From Thermoplasmata archaeon (GTDB lineage Archaea; Thermoplasmatota; Thermoplasmata; Lutacidiplasmatales; UBA184): 64,000 nt of DNA. The notes under the pieces are model-generated. The model saw only the letters and a list, made by a program, of their open reading frames with translations. It was not told the origin of the DNA and did not search any database. A program made the position numbers and the translations under genes. The stretch is from positions 36,807 to 100,806 of the forward strand of contig JAJYEA010000002.1 of the NCBI GenBank assembly GCA_021790425.1. The letters are read 5' to 3'. Positions 20,101 to 28,235 of the stretch are shown piece by piece; position 1 is the stretch's first letter; every line of letters starts with the position of its first letter.

Positions 20101-20703
20101 TCCGCGAACGTTTCCTCCCTGACGTGCGTCCCGCAGCAATCGGGCACGTTCCTCACGAGCGTCTTCGTCAACGATTCTGTCGGAGACAGCGCGACCCTCA
20201 CGGCCGCCTTCACCGCCTACACTACCCCAGTGATCTCCTCCTTCACGGTCTCTCCCGTGCCGGTCGTTGTGAACCATACCGTCAACGTCACCGTGCTTGT
20301 TTCGGGGGGAGTAGCCCCGTACCTCTACACGTATGCCGGGCTCCCCTCCGGTTGCCTCTCCGAGAACCTGTCCGAGATCACCTGCAGTCCGTCCGTCGTG
20401 GGCAACTTCACGTTGACCGTCGCGGTGACGGACGCGAGGGGCCAGCCGGCCACCGCGTCGTCGCTCCTTCAGGTCGTCCCTAAGCCCAGCCAACCCTCAC
20501 CGGGTACCTCCGCCGGCCTCATAGGCGGCCTGGAACTGCTCGTCATTCTCCTGGTCGTGGGGGTCGTCGTCGTGGTCGCGGTCGTGCTCTCCCGACGCAG
20601 CAGGTCGAAACGCCGCCACCCACCCGTCCCCCAAACCCCACCGGGCTACCCCTACGCCCCTCCCCCCTCCTCCTGGGGACCCCCTCCTCCACCCGGCCGT
20701 TAG
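17101..20703 (+). CDS. Large secreted/surface protein: signal peptide, BNR(Asp-box) sialidase-like beta-propeller, six Ig-like repeats, C-terminal TM anchor, and a Pro-rich tail
   Basis: N-terminal signal peptide. Asp-boxes SLDGGQTW, STDGGQTW, STDKGSTW, STNYGSTW, STDGGLTF. Six ~87-aa repeats with YLNVSASGG.G.L.Y.Y.GLP.GC...C.P. C-terminal hydrophobic helix plus PVPQTPPGYPYAPPPSSWGPPPPPGR. Confidence 0.8.
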   Translation: MQRGSRLGRTYWTLIATVGLALLMGVPGNVLAGSGTVPAGSPIGGSPMLHAASEHSLGAARDPSSLLPALRHLPGTFQPAFDARVSTPSVSPTIGVNYGAATEAGAQNEPGIAVNPTNARDIIVSGNDYNTAATGAGGGSWASEFTSLDGGQTWQYHPAAMNATFAGGKPCFGGDTNVFFGPDGTAYFAGLGYPDAQTGRCSGTSGPATNGGLFVAHSTDGGQTWTFVKVEQDFGSNWVDKEWMGINPANGEISIDVMNYSSTAFIDYWYSTDKGSTWNGPIVVNPSSDQNMVAAGLAVDYQGGVDIVWQGGATQNYIEFSRATAPGSAFSAETNLGSITCAPAGSSGFPAIGGVQRMNCFPQIFADDSPTSPDHGNLYIIYTTNATSLQIQLLRSTNYGSTWTPQGSAIAVNNDPSDGADHWWPQGTVGKNGTVYVEFLDRRYNTGNLLVDATMAVSTDGGLTFPINIRLSSVSGNPDVWSAFMGDYENTFWSPNGTFAVWTDFRNGASGSTNEDLYVGQLIWLNLTANVAGVTATVDGSSASLPQREFWNHGTVHNISVPASVTVGPNTLAFQHWAGASASSNPSLSNFPANGSANLEAVYAGSAPLISSFTASPASIPSGGTTYLNVSAAGGLGPLTYAYSGQPGACPSVNASHLVCSATVTTTTTYTVTVNVTDSASPPHSTSALTLFTVTVPSPTIGAFTAAPDPVLVSHTTYLNVTASGGTGPLGYAYAGLPTGCNSSNQSSLPCVPSVPGTYSVTVFVNDSHGVSANRATSVTVDPLPSISAFTISPAQLFVGGTTYLNVSASGGLGSLSYAFSGLPSGCFSSSAASLPCVPSVAGQFTISVFANDTAGDSASANGTLSVLLPLQVTLSAVPSTVVVNHPTSISPGISGGSGTYSYVYTGLPAGCSSSNVTPLRCVPTNSGTFGVRVFVNDTARESVSASTTLTVLPPLTLSSYLAAPATATVGTTVVYLNATASGGEGLLSYVYTGLPSGCASANVSSLTCVPQQSGTFLTSVFVNDSVGDSATLTAAFTAYTTPVISSFTVSPVPVVVNHTVNVTVLVSGGVAPYLYTYAGLPSGCLSENLSEITCSPSVVGNFTLTVAVTDARGQPATASSLLQVVPKPSQPSPGTSAGLIGGLELLVILLVVGVVVVVAVVLSRRSRSKRRHPPVPQTPPGYPYAPPPSSWGPPPPPGR
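18913..20476 (+). repeat. Six tandem ~261-bp repeats encoding Ig-like domains within the 17101-20703 CDS
   Basis: Protein-level periodicity of the GLP.GC motif. Confidence 0.7.
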
Positions 20704-20939
20704 GAGGGGACGGACCTCTCCCGACCCTCCCTGAAGGGGCGTGCCGGCCCGCGGCAGGACCCCATCGGAGAACAGACCCGGGCCGCGGCCAGGACCTCCG
20801 TCCATCGCCGACGTTCCTCCGTGGGTTCGAGGAAGACGATGCCCCCAACCGACGGTACCGCAGAACGGGGGGGGCCGACGGCGCGCCCTGGCGTGACCTA
20901 CAAGCAAGCTGATACGCGGGTTCGGGCTCCTATCGATCG

Positions 20940-21980
20940 ATGGTCCCTCTTTCCATCAGCGACTCCGTCTTCCAAACCGCGCTCCGCCGCGCCCGGCGGG
21001 GAGAGGTGGACGACGAGACCGGCGGGGTCCTCCTGAGAGGGTCCCGCCGGGCCTCCCTGTGGCGCGAGCTGAGGGAGGCCGCTTCGACGGTGCGTGACCG
21101 GTCCTTGGGCCGGGAACTTCTGGTCACCGCGCATGTCCACATGATCGCCGAATGCAAACTACCCACCGCGTGCCAGTACTGCTCGCTCTCCAGTCGCTAC
21201 CGGTCCGTGTGCGCGGAGCGAGATCGGCTGACCGCCCGCGAGCTCGTGCGCGCGGTCCGGTACTCGGAGCAGAGGGGCGTCCAGTCCATCGTCTTGGTGG
21301 GAGGGTGCGATCCCGCGGGTTCCGACGCGGAAGTGCGCCGGGCCGTGGAGCGGGTGCGTCAGGTGAGCGATATCGACCTGGCGATCGACGTGGGGCCCTT
21401 CCTCTCCTCGAGCACCATCCGGTGGCTGAAGCGCCAGGGGGTGCCCACCGTCTACTGCTCGCTCGAGACCTCGAACCCTGCGGCATTCCGCGAGGCGAAG
21501 CCCGGGGACAGCCTGGAGGAGCGCATCGCGTGCATGGAGCGTGTCGAGAGGGAGGGCTCGAACCTCGGGAACGTGGTGATGAACGGTCTGGGGAACTCGG
21601 AGGACCTGTTGCGGTCGATCCTCGCCCTGCGACGATTCCGCCGCCTCTCCCACCTCTACCTCTCCACCTTCCAGCCGGTGCGCGGGACCCCATGGGCCGA
21701 CCGGCGTCCCGGCTCCATCGAAGTATCGCTCCGCGCGCTCGCCATCGCACGGCTCGCGCTCCCCGGGGTGCATCTCGGGCTCGCCGAGGTGGAAGTCGAG
21801 GACCCCGGCAGTGCGGCCCGTCTCTCCCGCCAGTTGAGGGCGGGAGCAGGGAACACGCTCGCCGGTGTGCTGGTCTACAAGCGCAAGACGGTCGACAATG
21901 TCGTGAGGATCCGAGACGAGGCAACGGCCATGGGGTTCCATCTCCCGCGGTCACGACCCGCGGCCCCCTCCCGCCGCTGA
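20940..21980 (+). CDS. Radical SAM protein, biotin-synthase-like fold, with a non-canonical CX5CX2C cluster motif (HcgA/HmdB-like spacing)
   Basis: ...HVHMIAECKLPTACQYCSLSS... = C-x5-C-x2-C. BioB-like N-terminal helical region, and a downstream GGCDP-type motif (VLVGGCDPAG). Confidence 0.6.
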   Translation: MVPLSISDSVFQTALRRARRGEVDDETGGVLLRGSRRASLWRELREAASTVRDRSLGRELLVTAHVHMIAECKLPTACQYCSLSSRYRSVCAERDRLTARELVRAVRYSEQRGVQSIVLVGGCDPAGSDAEVRRAVERVRQVSDIDLAIDVGPFLSSSTIRWLKRQGVPTVYCSLETSNPAAFREAKPGDSLEERIACMERVEREGSNLGNVVMNGLGNSEDLLRSILALRRFRRLSHLYLSTFQPVRGTPWADRRPGSIEVSLRALAIARLALPGVHLGLAEVEVEDPGSAARLSRQLRAGAGNTLAGVLVYKRKTVDNVVRIRDEATAMGFHLPRSRPAAPSRR

Positions 21981-22042
21981 CGGCGGGACCAGGGCCTTTC
22001 GCGCGGTCGCTTCTCTTCCGGTAGGCGCGCCAGGGTCCCGGG

Positions 22043-23626
22043 TCAGGCGGTCCGCACCCAGCGCACCAGGAGATCGACCACCTCGCGGAAGTACCGTGGG
22101 TCGATGCTCTCCTCGGCGTCGTGCATGTGGGCGTCCTCGTCCATCGACCCGAGGACGACCGCGGGCATGGGTCGGCCCGAGGGGGTCCGGATCTCGCGGA
22201 GCGAGCTCGCGTCGGTCCCGCCGTACTCGCCGTAGATGCCGATGGGGCGTCCCGCCACCTCCTGGAAGATGCCCTGGATCCGCGTGGCCTCGGGATCCTG
22301 CGGGGAGAGGAAATACCCCGAGCGGGCCCGCCCGGGGGGAACCACCGCCGATGCCCCGGCGACGTCCGTCTGGAGCGATCGGAAGTGTCCTTCGAAGATC
22401 CCGAATGCGTTCGCGGCCTCCATCTCCGGGGGAGATCTCAGGTCGAGGGTGAGCACCGCGTCTCGGAGCGGGTGGTCCTGCACGATCCCCTCCCGGACCG
22501 CCAACGTCAGCAGCCGGACGACCTCGGGGACGGGGTTCGAGGCGCGGTGGGGGTAGCCCCCGTGGCCCGACTTCCCGATCACGTTCACCGTCCACCCCTC
22601 CTTCGCCGGTGTGGGCTCGAGCCGGAACGGGGATGCCATGTGACCACGAAGGAACTTCTCGAGGTGCCCCAGGGATCCCGCTTCCCCCCGGAAGGTCAGG
22701 GTGACCGTGGCGGGGATCTGGTTCGCCGCCTCGGAGTTCGCGTGGACCCGGGTCAGGAGCGCCCCCTTCGGTGCCGCAGGACCGTCGCCCACGGCATCGA
22801 TCTTCGTCACCGTGGCTCGTCCCGTGATGAACTCGTGGGGGGCGGGGCCCGAGGGCTCGGGGGGCGAGCGCAGGGCCGAGGTCCAGGACTCGGCGACCGT
22901 GCGGAACTCGATGGTGCCCTGGGCGACCCGGAGGTATTGGGAGAGCGTGGACCGGGGAGGCACCGAGATCTCGGTGAAGGTGACCCCGCTCGAGCCGGCC
23001 GCCACGTAGGGCGAGCCGTCCGGGAGCACCGCCATCTCGCCGAGCAGGAGCCGCTCCGGGCTCCCCTCCGGGAGAGCGAGGTCGTGCTCCGCGACGGCTT
23101 CGATCCCGCCGGCTCCTCCCGTCTCCTCGTCACAGCACACGACCATCCGGACGTCGACCGGGAGATCCTTGACGGCGGCGAGCGCGCGGAGCGCGGCCAT
23201 GCCGGTCACGACCCCGCTACCGATGTCGTCGTTGGACCCGCGCCCGTAGAGGCGCCCGTCCTCCCGTTCGGTCAGCGTGTGCGGGGGGCTCTTCCACCGC
23301 CCGAGCTGCTCGTCGGGCACGGGAACCACATCATAGTGGGAGAGAATGAGCAGGCGCCGGGGCTTGCCCCGGTTGAGGTCGATGACCACATTTGGTCGGG
23401 GTTCCCCGAACCGGCTCGCGCCCCCGGGAAGCTCCTTGCGGGGGTCCCAGATCCGTGCCGCGAGACCGTGTCGCTTCGCCTCGTCCACCAGGAGCTCGCA
23501 CGCCTCCTGGTAGTGACGCTTCTCGACCCGCCCGTGCACGGGGTCCTCGAGGTTCGTGGTGTCGAGCCGGACCAGTCGCTCGAGCAGGTGTCGGGACTCC
23601 TCATCCATCCGGGGTAACGCGGTCAT
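22043..23626 (-). CDS. M20-family metallopeptidase (ArgE/DapE/CPG2-like dipeptidase/deacylase)
   Basis: LILSHYDVVP (His ligand), GRGSNDDIGSG (Asp), and the downstream E/H ligands typical of M20. Confidence 0.8.
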   Translation of the reverse strand: MTALPRMDEESRHLLERLVRLDTTNLEDPVHGRVEKRHYQEACELLVDEAKRHGLAARIWDPRKELPGGASRFGEPRPNVVIDLNRGKPRRLLILSHYDVVPVPDEQLGRWKSPPHTLTEREDGRLYGRGSNDDIGSGVVTGMAALRALAAVKDLPVDVRMVVCCDEETGGAGGIEAVAEHDLALPEGSPERLLLGEMAVLPDGSPYVAAGSSGVTFTEISVPPRSTLSQYLRVAQGTIEFRTVAESWTSALRSPPEPSGPAPHEFITGRATVTKIDAVGDGPAAPKGALLTRVHANSEAANQIPATVTLTFRGEAGSLGHLEKFLRGHMASPFRLEPTPAKEGWTVNVIGKSGHGGYPHRASNPVPEVVRLLTLAVREGIVQDHPLRDAVLTLDLRSPPEMEAANAFGIFEGHFRSLQTDVAGASAVVPPGRARSGYFLSPQDPEATRIQGIFQEVAGRPIGIYGEYGGTDASSLREIRTPSGRPMPAVVLGSMDEDAHMHDAEESIDPRYFREVVDLLVRWVRTA

Positions 23627-23640
23627 CGACGCGACCCCAC

Positions 23641-23946
23641 CTACGAGTTGTCCTCAGGGGCTTCGTCGATCTCGTCGTCCTCGAAGCCCTCTTCCTCTTC
23701 GGCCTGCTTGAAGCAGGTGGGGCAGAGGAAGATGATCGAGCTGTCCTCGGGGGAATTCAGCACGGCCCAGCCCGCATCGGAAAGGGCCGCGCCCTGGTAG
23801 GGCCCCGGTCCGCTGAACGTGATCTCGGTGGTGGCGCCGCACCCTTCCTCGGAGCACGCGATCCGGAACCCTCCCACCTTGGCGGGTCCCCGCTCCCCCT
23901 TTCCTGCCGTCTCCTTCCGCTCGGGCATGTCGGGGCGATGGGGCAT
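23641..23946 (-). CDS. Small Cys4 zinc-binding protein with an acidic C-terminal tail. Unknown function.
   Basis: C-x4-C ... C-P-T-C, followed by the EEEEGFEDDEIDEAPEDNS tail. 14 nt upstream of the M20 gene. Confidence 0.4.
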   Translation of the reverse strand: MPHRPDMPERKETAGKGERGPAKVGGFRIACSEEGCGATTEITFSGPGPYQGAALSDAGWAVLNSPEDSSIIFLCPTCFKQAEEEEGFEDDEIDEAPEDNS

Positions 23947-24003
23947 CCCGAGATATGCCTTTTGCGGAGGACTGTGCCACTCCGATGGGCGGGCGGCGGT
24001 CCT

Positions 24004-26076
24004 TCAGTCCCGCGTGGGGAGCAGGGCATAGCGGGCGATCAGGTCCTTGTAGACGTCGGTGACGTCCTCGCACCGGTCCGTGATCACCTCGAGTCGCTCG
24101 TAGAAATCCTTCAGTTTGATGACCTCGACCGGGTCCGGGCGATCCTCGAAGAGCCGCGAGAGGAGAACGCGGAGCAGGTCGTCCGCCTCGTTCTCCAGCC
24201 GGTTGACCTCCACGATCACCCGCTGGATCCGCTCGGTCTTTCCGTCGAGCAGGTCATCGAGGGAGTCGATCCCCTCGCTGACCCCGTCCACGCACGCCAC
24301 CACGATGGCCGCGAACTTGGAAAGCTCGGGGTTCCCCCGTTCGAGATGATACGTCACGACCCGGGCCGAGACCCCCTCGATGCCGTCCATGATGTCGTCC
24401 AGGGACGAGGCGAGCGCGCCGATGTCCGAGCGGACCGCCGTGCGCATCCGCTTGTTGTTGATCTCCACGTAGATGCGGTGGACCCGCTCGTCCGCGTCGT
24501 GCTCGATCGTTCGGATCTTGGGAACCCGGGTCGCCGACTCCGCCCCGGGGTCGTCAAGGAGCGCCTTGAGCTCGGTCGCCCCCGCCTTGAGGCACGAGGT
24601 GAGCGAGACCAGATGAGGGGAAAACCGTTCGACCACGATCTCGAGCTCGTCCTCGCGCGAGACGTCCTCCAGGGTCCTCCCCGCCGTCTCGGGCGTGAGG
24701 ATGAGGGAGATCACAAAACCCAGGAAGCAGACCCCCGCGAGCAGCCAGAAGTACTCGGGGTGAAGCACTCCGTTGGTGAAGAAGAGGAACGGCAGGAAGA
24801 ACGTGGCGATGGCGGCCCCCATCTTGCCGGAGGCGGCGGAGATGCCGTGTCCCGTGGCGCGGAAGCGGGTGGGGTAGACCTCGCTCGGCAGGACGAAGGT
24901 GGTCGTGTTCGGCCCCATGTTCGCGAAGAAGAACGTGGTCGCATAGATGACGATGAAGAGGGCCAGCGAGGCCGCGAGCAGCTCGGAGTAGAAGAGGGCC
25001 AGGAGGCCGAAGGAGAGCGCCATCACCCCGAAGCCGAGGATCTGGAGGCTCCGCCGTCCCCACCGGTCGATGAGGGCGACCGCGGCCCAGTATCCCGGGA
25101 TCGTGGCGAACAGCGCGATGAGGATGTTCCCCTCGGCGAGGTTCAGGACCAACTGGTGGGCGCCGACGCCGCTCGTGACGTACCCGATGTTCTGGAGGAC
25201 GATGGGGTTGAAGATGTTCTGGAAGTAGAAGGCCACGTCGAGCAGGAACCAGGCCGCCGCGGTGCCGAACAGGACCGGGGCATAGCTCGTGAGGAACCGC
25301 CGGAGGCCGACCCGGGCCCGCCGGGCGGGGGAGATCGTGTTCTCGACCTTCTTTCCCGTCAGGTGGGCGACCGCGTCCGCGGCCCCCTGGGCGTCCCCCT
25401 TGACCGCCAGCGTGAAGCGCGGCGTCTCGGGCATCTTGGTACGGAAGTAGATCGTGGCCAGCGCCGGGACCGCCCCGAGGCCGAGCACCGCGCGCCATAC
25501 GAGGTTGAGGCCCGCGGTCGTGGCCGGGAACGCGAAAAGCGCCCCCAGGGTGATGATCGCGCCGAGCAGAATACCGAACCCCTGCATCGCGAAGACGCTC
25601 GCCACGAGCCGTCCGCGGTTGCGTACGTTGCTGTACTCGCTCATGATCGTTGCCGAGAGCGGGTAATCTCCCCCGACTCCGAAACCGAGGACGAACCTCC
25701 AGAGCACGAGGACCATGACGGTGTTCAGCATCCCGAAGGGCGCCGAGAACGCGCTCCCCACCGCTCCGATGGCCATGACGGAGAGCGTGATCGCATAGAC
25801 CCGCTTGCGTCCGAGCCGGTCGGCGAGGAAACCGAAGACGACCTGGCCGAGGACCGCCCCGAAGAGCGCCGAGGCGGCGATGGCGGACAGCTCCAGCGGC
25901 GCGAGCTTGCCGGAGGTCCCGTAGAGGATCGCCAGGATCGGAAGGACGAGGGAGATGACGAAGAGGTCGTAGGCATCGGAGAAGAAGCCCATCCCCGCGA
26001 TGACGATGGTCTTCAGATGGAACCGCTGGCTGCGCGCGGCATCCAATTCCCGGAGGATGAGATTGCTGCCGGCCAT
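24004..26076 (-). CDS. MFS inorganic-phosphate/H+ symporter (Pho84/PHS-like) fused in-frame to a C-terminal DUF47 (PhoU-like Pit-accessory) domain
   Basis: MFS motifs GFFSDAYDLF, GGDYPLSATIMSEY; 12 TM. The ...ETAGRTLEDV tail runs without a stop into DUF47 (...EHDADERVH..., ...NRLENEADDL..., ...DRCEDVTDV...). The start was trimmed to MAGSNLIL (26076). Confidence 0.75.
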   Translation of the reverse strand: MAGSNLILRELDAARSQRFHLKTIVIAGMGFFSDAYDLFVISLVLPILAILYGTSGKLAPLELSAIAASALFGAVLGQVVFGFLADRLGRKRVYAITLSVMAIGAVGSAFSAPFGMLNTVMVLVLWRFVLGFGVGGDYPLSATIMSEYSNVRNRGRLVASVFAMQGFGILLGAIITLGALFAFPATTAGLNLVWRAVLGLGAVPALATIYFRTKMPETPRFTLAVKGDAQGAADAVAHLTGKKVENTISPARRARVGLRRFLTSYAPVLFGTAAAWFLLDVAFYFQNIFNPIVLQNIGYVTSGVGAHQLVLNLAEGNILIALFATIPGYWAAVALIDRWGRRSLQILGFGVMALSFGLLALFYSELLAASLALFIVIYATTFFFANMGPNTTTFVLPSEVYPTRFRATGHGISAASGKMGAAIATFFLPFLFFTNGVLHPEYFWLLAGVCFLGFVISLILTPETAGRTLEDVSREDELEIVVERFSPHLVSLTSCLKAGATELKALLDDPGAESATRVPKIRTIEHDADERVHRIYVEINNKRMRTAVRSDIGALASSLDDIMDGIEGVSARVVTYHLERGNPELSKFAAIVVACVDGVSEGIDSLDDLLDGKTERIQRVIVEVNRLENEADDLLRVLLSRLFEDRPDPVEVIKLKDFYERLEVITDRCEDVTDVYKDLIARYALLPTRD

Positions 26077-26100
26077 TCCCACGGCGACGGAACTCTCAGC

Positions 26101-26150
26101 CCATAAATGGTTTGGCAGCGTTGCCGCTGGCTGAGAGACCCGCTTTAAGC
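26101..26150. promoter_or_regulatory. Divergent promoter region with two TATA-like boxes: ccataaatgg for the minus-strand MFS gene, and gctttaagc for the plus-strand 26173 gene
   Basis: Each box lies 23-33 bp from its ATG. Confidence 0.3.
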
Positions 26151-26172
26151 TGCGGAGCCTCGGGAAAGGCCG

Positions 26173-26691
26173 ATGGATCTTCCGCTCGCGTTCTATGTCG
26201 CGGGGCTCATCATCGTCCTCCTGCTCCTCTACTTCTTCTTCGGCTCCTTCCTCCACGGGGCCGGATACCAGCCGACGCCTCCGGACGTAGCGGACCGGAT
26301 GCTGGAGCTGGGTGCGGTGGCTCCCCGGGAACGGGTCTACGATCTGGGCGCCGGCACGGGGGCCCTCCTGTTCCTCTCGGCCGAAAAGGGGGCGAGCGTC
26401 GTCGGCTACGAGATCGAGCCGATCCGCTACCTGGTACTGCGCCTACGGCGTTGGAGGCACCCGCAGGGACGGTCCGTAACGCTCCGGCGGGGAAACTTCT
26501 TCGACGCGGACCTCCGCCCGGCCACCGTGGTGCTCACCTTCCTGTGGCCCGGTGCCATGGCCCGGTTGAAGGAGAAGTTCGAACGCGAGCTGGTCCCCGG
26601 CACCCGGGTCGTGAGCTACTGGCACCCGATCCCCGGGTGGACCCCCCAAGAGGTGGACCGGCGACTGCGGGTCTACCTTTACATCCGTTGA
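26173..26691 (+). CDS. Small membrane-anchored class I SAM-dependent methyltransferase
   Basis: N-terminal TM helix, then VYDLGAGTGALLF (motif I), and an acidic residue after beta2 (VVGYEIEP). Confidence 0.55.
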   Translation: MDLPLAFYVAGLIIVLLLLYFFFGSFLHGAGYQPTPPDVADRMLELGAVAPRERVYDLGAGTGALLFLSAEKGASVVGYEIEPIRYLVLRLRRWRHPQGRSVTLRRGNFFDADLRPATVVLTFLWPGAMARLKEKFERELVPGTRVVSYWHPIPGWTPQEVDRRLRVYLYIR

Positions 26692-27587
26692 ATCGAGAAC
26701 CGGGCCCCCGGATAGAGCCCGAGCACGTCGCGCGCACGGCCACGGTTGACCGCCACCTCGATCAGCCCGAAGCTCGACCCGACCACGCCGAGCACTCCCT
26801 GGGGGATGCTCTCGTAGTGGCGCGCCACCTCGGCCCGGTAGCTCTTGTCGTGGGCACGCACGACGACGAACGAACCGGTCCCGGCGACCCGGTTGTGGAA
26901 CTCCGAGGTGGGAAGGTTGGTGATGGCGTTCCCGAAGGGATCGACGTGAAGGACGATGACGTGGGCCAGTCCCGGCTCCACACTGGGCAAGGGTAGCTGG
27001 AAGGGCGAGTAGCTCGTCTCGGTCCCCAATTCGCTGACGGGGGTTCCCATGGCCAGGCGAGCGGCCGCGGGGGCGAACAGGTCCCGGCCCTCGAACGTCG
27101 GGCTCACACTCCCTCCGGGGGCGACCTTCTGCGGGTCGAGATGGTAGGTCTTCGGTTCTCCCAGATGCTCGGCCAGCGGCACCAGGAGCCCGTTGTCCGG
27201 CCCGAGCAGTGTGGTGCCGCCGCGGCAGGCGATCGCGATGGGGCGACGCTCGCCTCCGACACCGGGGTCGACGATCCCCACGTGGATCGTCCCGGGGGGA
27301 TACCACGCGGCGCATTGGCGTAGGAGGAACGCTCCCTCCAGGATCTGGTGGCTCGCGATCTCGTGGGTCATGTCCACGATGCGGGCCCGGGGGGCGTTGC
27401 GGAGAATGGCTCCCTTCATCTGGCTGGCATAGCTCCAGCCGACGTCCGTCGTGAGCGTGATGAGGGGTGGGTCCGGCTCGCGCACGGGGGGCGCCACCAA
27501 GAGCGCCACCGCTGGGGGAGGCGCACTAGGAACGGTCGCGGGGGCAGGTGTGGATCGGCTTGGAGGATGCGACTTCCTTACCGGCAC
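26679..27587 (-). CDS. SAM hydroxide adenosyltransferase / SAM hydrolase (DUF62, SalL-FlA family)
   Basis: ITLTTDVGWSYASQMKGAIL matches the DUF62 N-terminal motif, and the C-terminal barrel is present. The 41-aa Pro-rich N-terminal extension has an uncertain start (a GTG start is possible). Confidence 0.7.
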   Translation of the reverse strand: MPVRKSHPPSRSTPAPATVPSAPPPAVALLVAPPVREPDPPLITLTTDVGWSYASQMKGAILRNAPRARIVDMTHEIASHQILEGAFLLRQCAAWYPPGTIHVGIVDPGVGGERRPIAIACRGGTTLLGPDNGLLVPLAEHLGEPKTYHLDPQKVAPGGSVSPTFEGRDLFAPAAARLAMGTPVSELGTETSYSPFQLPLPSVEPGLAHVIVLHVDPFGNAITNLPTSEFHNRVAGTGSFVVVRAHDKSYRAEVARHYESIPQGVLGVVGSSFGLIEVAVNRGRARDVLGLYPGARFSIQRM

Positions 27588-27588
27588 A

Positions 27589-27927
27589 TCACGACTTCAT
27601 GATGGCGACGAGGAAGAGCCCCACCGCGATCACGGCACCGACGACGGCGGCGATAAGGACCAGTGCCGCCTCCTCGATCATCTCGAAGAGGTGGTGGTGC
27701 GAGACAACGGAGTACTCGTAGGCGGAAAAGATACCGACAACGAGCCCGACTACCAGCAGGACCACTCCGATCGTCCGGCTCTTCCCGCTGCCGAAGTACG
27801 CGGTGAAGAGGCCCGCGAGGATCATGAAGAGGGCAAAGATCAGGGCAACGATCACCAAGAACTCGATCAGGCCGATGCCCTGGCACGCCCACGCGCTCCC
27901 GCCACTGTAGACACATTCCGTTGTCAT
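27589..27927 (-). CDS. Small 3-TM membrane protein, unknown function
   Basis: 112-aa hydrophobic ORF, 2 nt downstream of the DUF62 gene region. Confidence 0.4.
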   Translation of the reverse strand: MTTECVYSGGSAWACQGIGLIEFLVIVALIFALFMILAGLFTAYFGSGKSRTIGVVLLVVGLVVGIFSAYEYSVVSHHHLFEMIEEAALVLIAAVVGAVIAVGLFLVAIMKS

Positions 27928-27937
27928 GGATTTCCCA

Positions 27938-28171
27938 TCAGAACTTGATGCCGGTCAAGGTCTTCGTGTCGATGACGCCCTTGACAGCACGGATCTTGTC
28001 GACTACAACCTGGCCGAGGGCGTTGAAGTCCTCCGCCTCGACCTTCGCGATGAGGTCATACTCACCGAAGAGGGGGTGTAGCTCCACGATCTCCTTCACC
28101 TTGAGGAGTTCCGAATAAACATCATGCTCTTTGGCGGGTGCGGTGCTTATCAAGACAAAACCCGTTGCCAT
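27938..28171 (-). CDS. Stand-alone RAM/ACT-like Lrp/AsnC C-terminal (ligand-binding) domain protein
   Basis: MATGFVLI...EHDVY...LFGEYDLIAKVEAEDF...KIRAV.GV.DTKT. The start was trimmed to ATG 28171 (77 aa). There is no HTH. Confidence 0.65.
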   Translation of the reverse strand: MATGFVLISTAPAKEHDVYSELLKVKEIVELHPLFGEYDLIAKVEAEDFNALGQVVVDKIRAVKGVIDTKTLTGIKF

Positions 28172-28203
28172 TGTGAAATCCCTTGGCCCCGAGAAGACCG
28201 CTC

Positions 28204-28213
28204 CTTTATAAGT
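28204..28213. promoter_or_regulatory. Shared TATA box (ctttataagt) between the divergent RAM-domain gene (ATG 28171) and rrp4 (ATG 28236)
   Basis: 24-41 bp from either start. This is the only AT island in the 64-bp intergenic region. Confidence 0.35.
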
Positions 28214-28235
28214 TTTCGGACGGTGGGGGGGCTCC

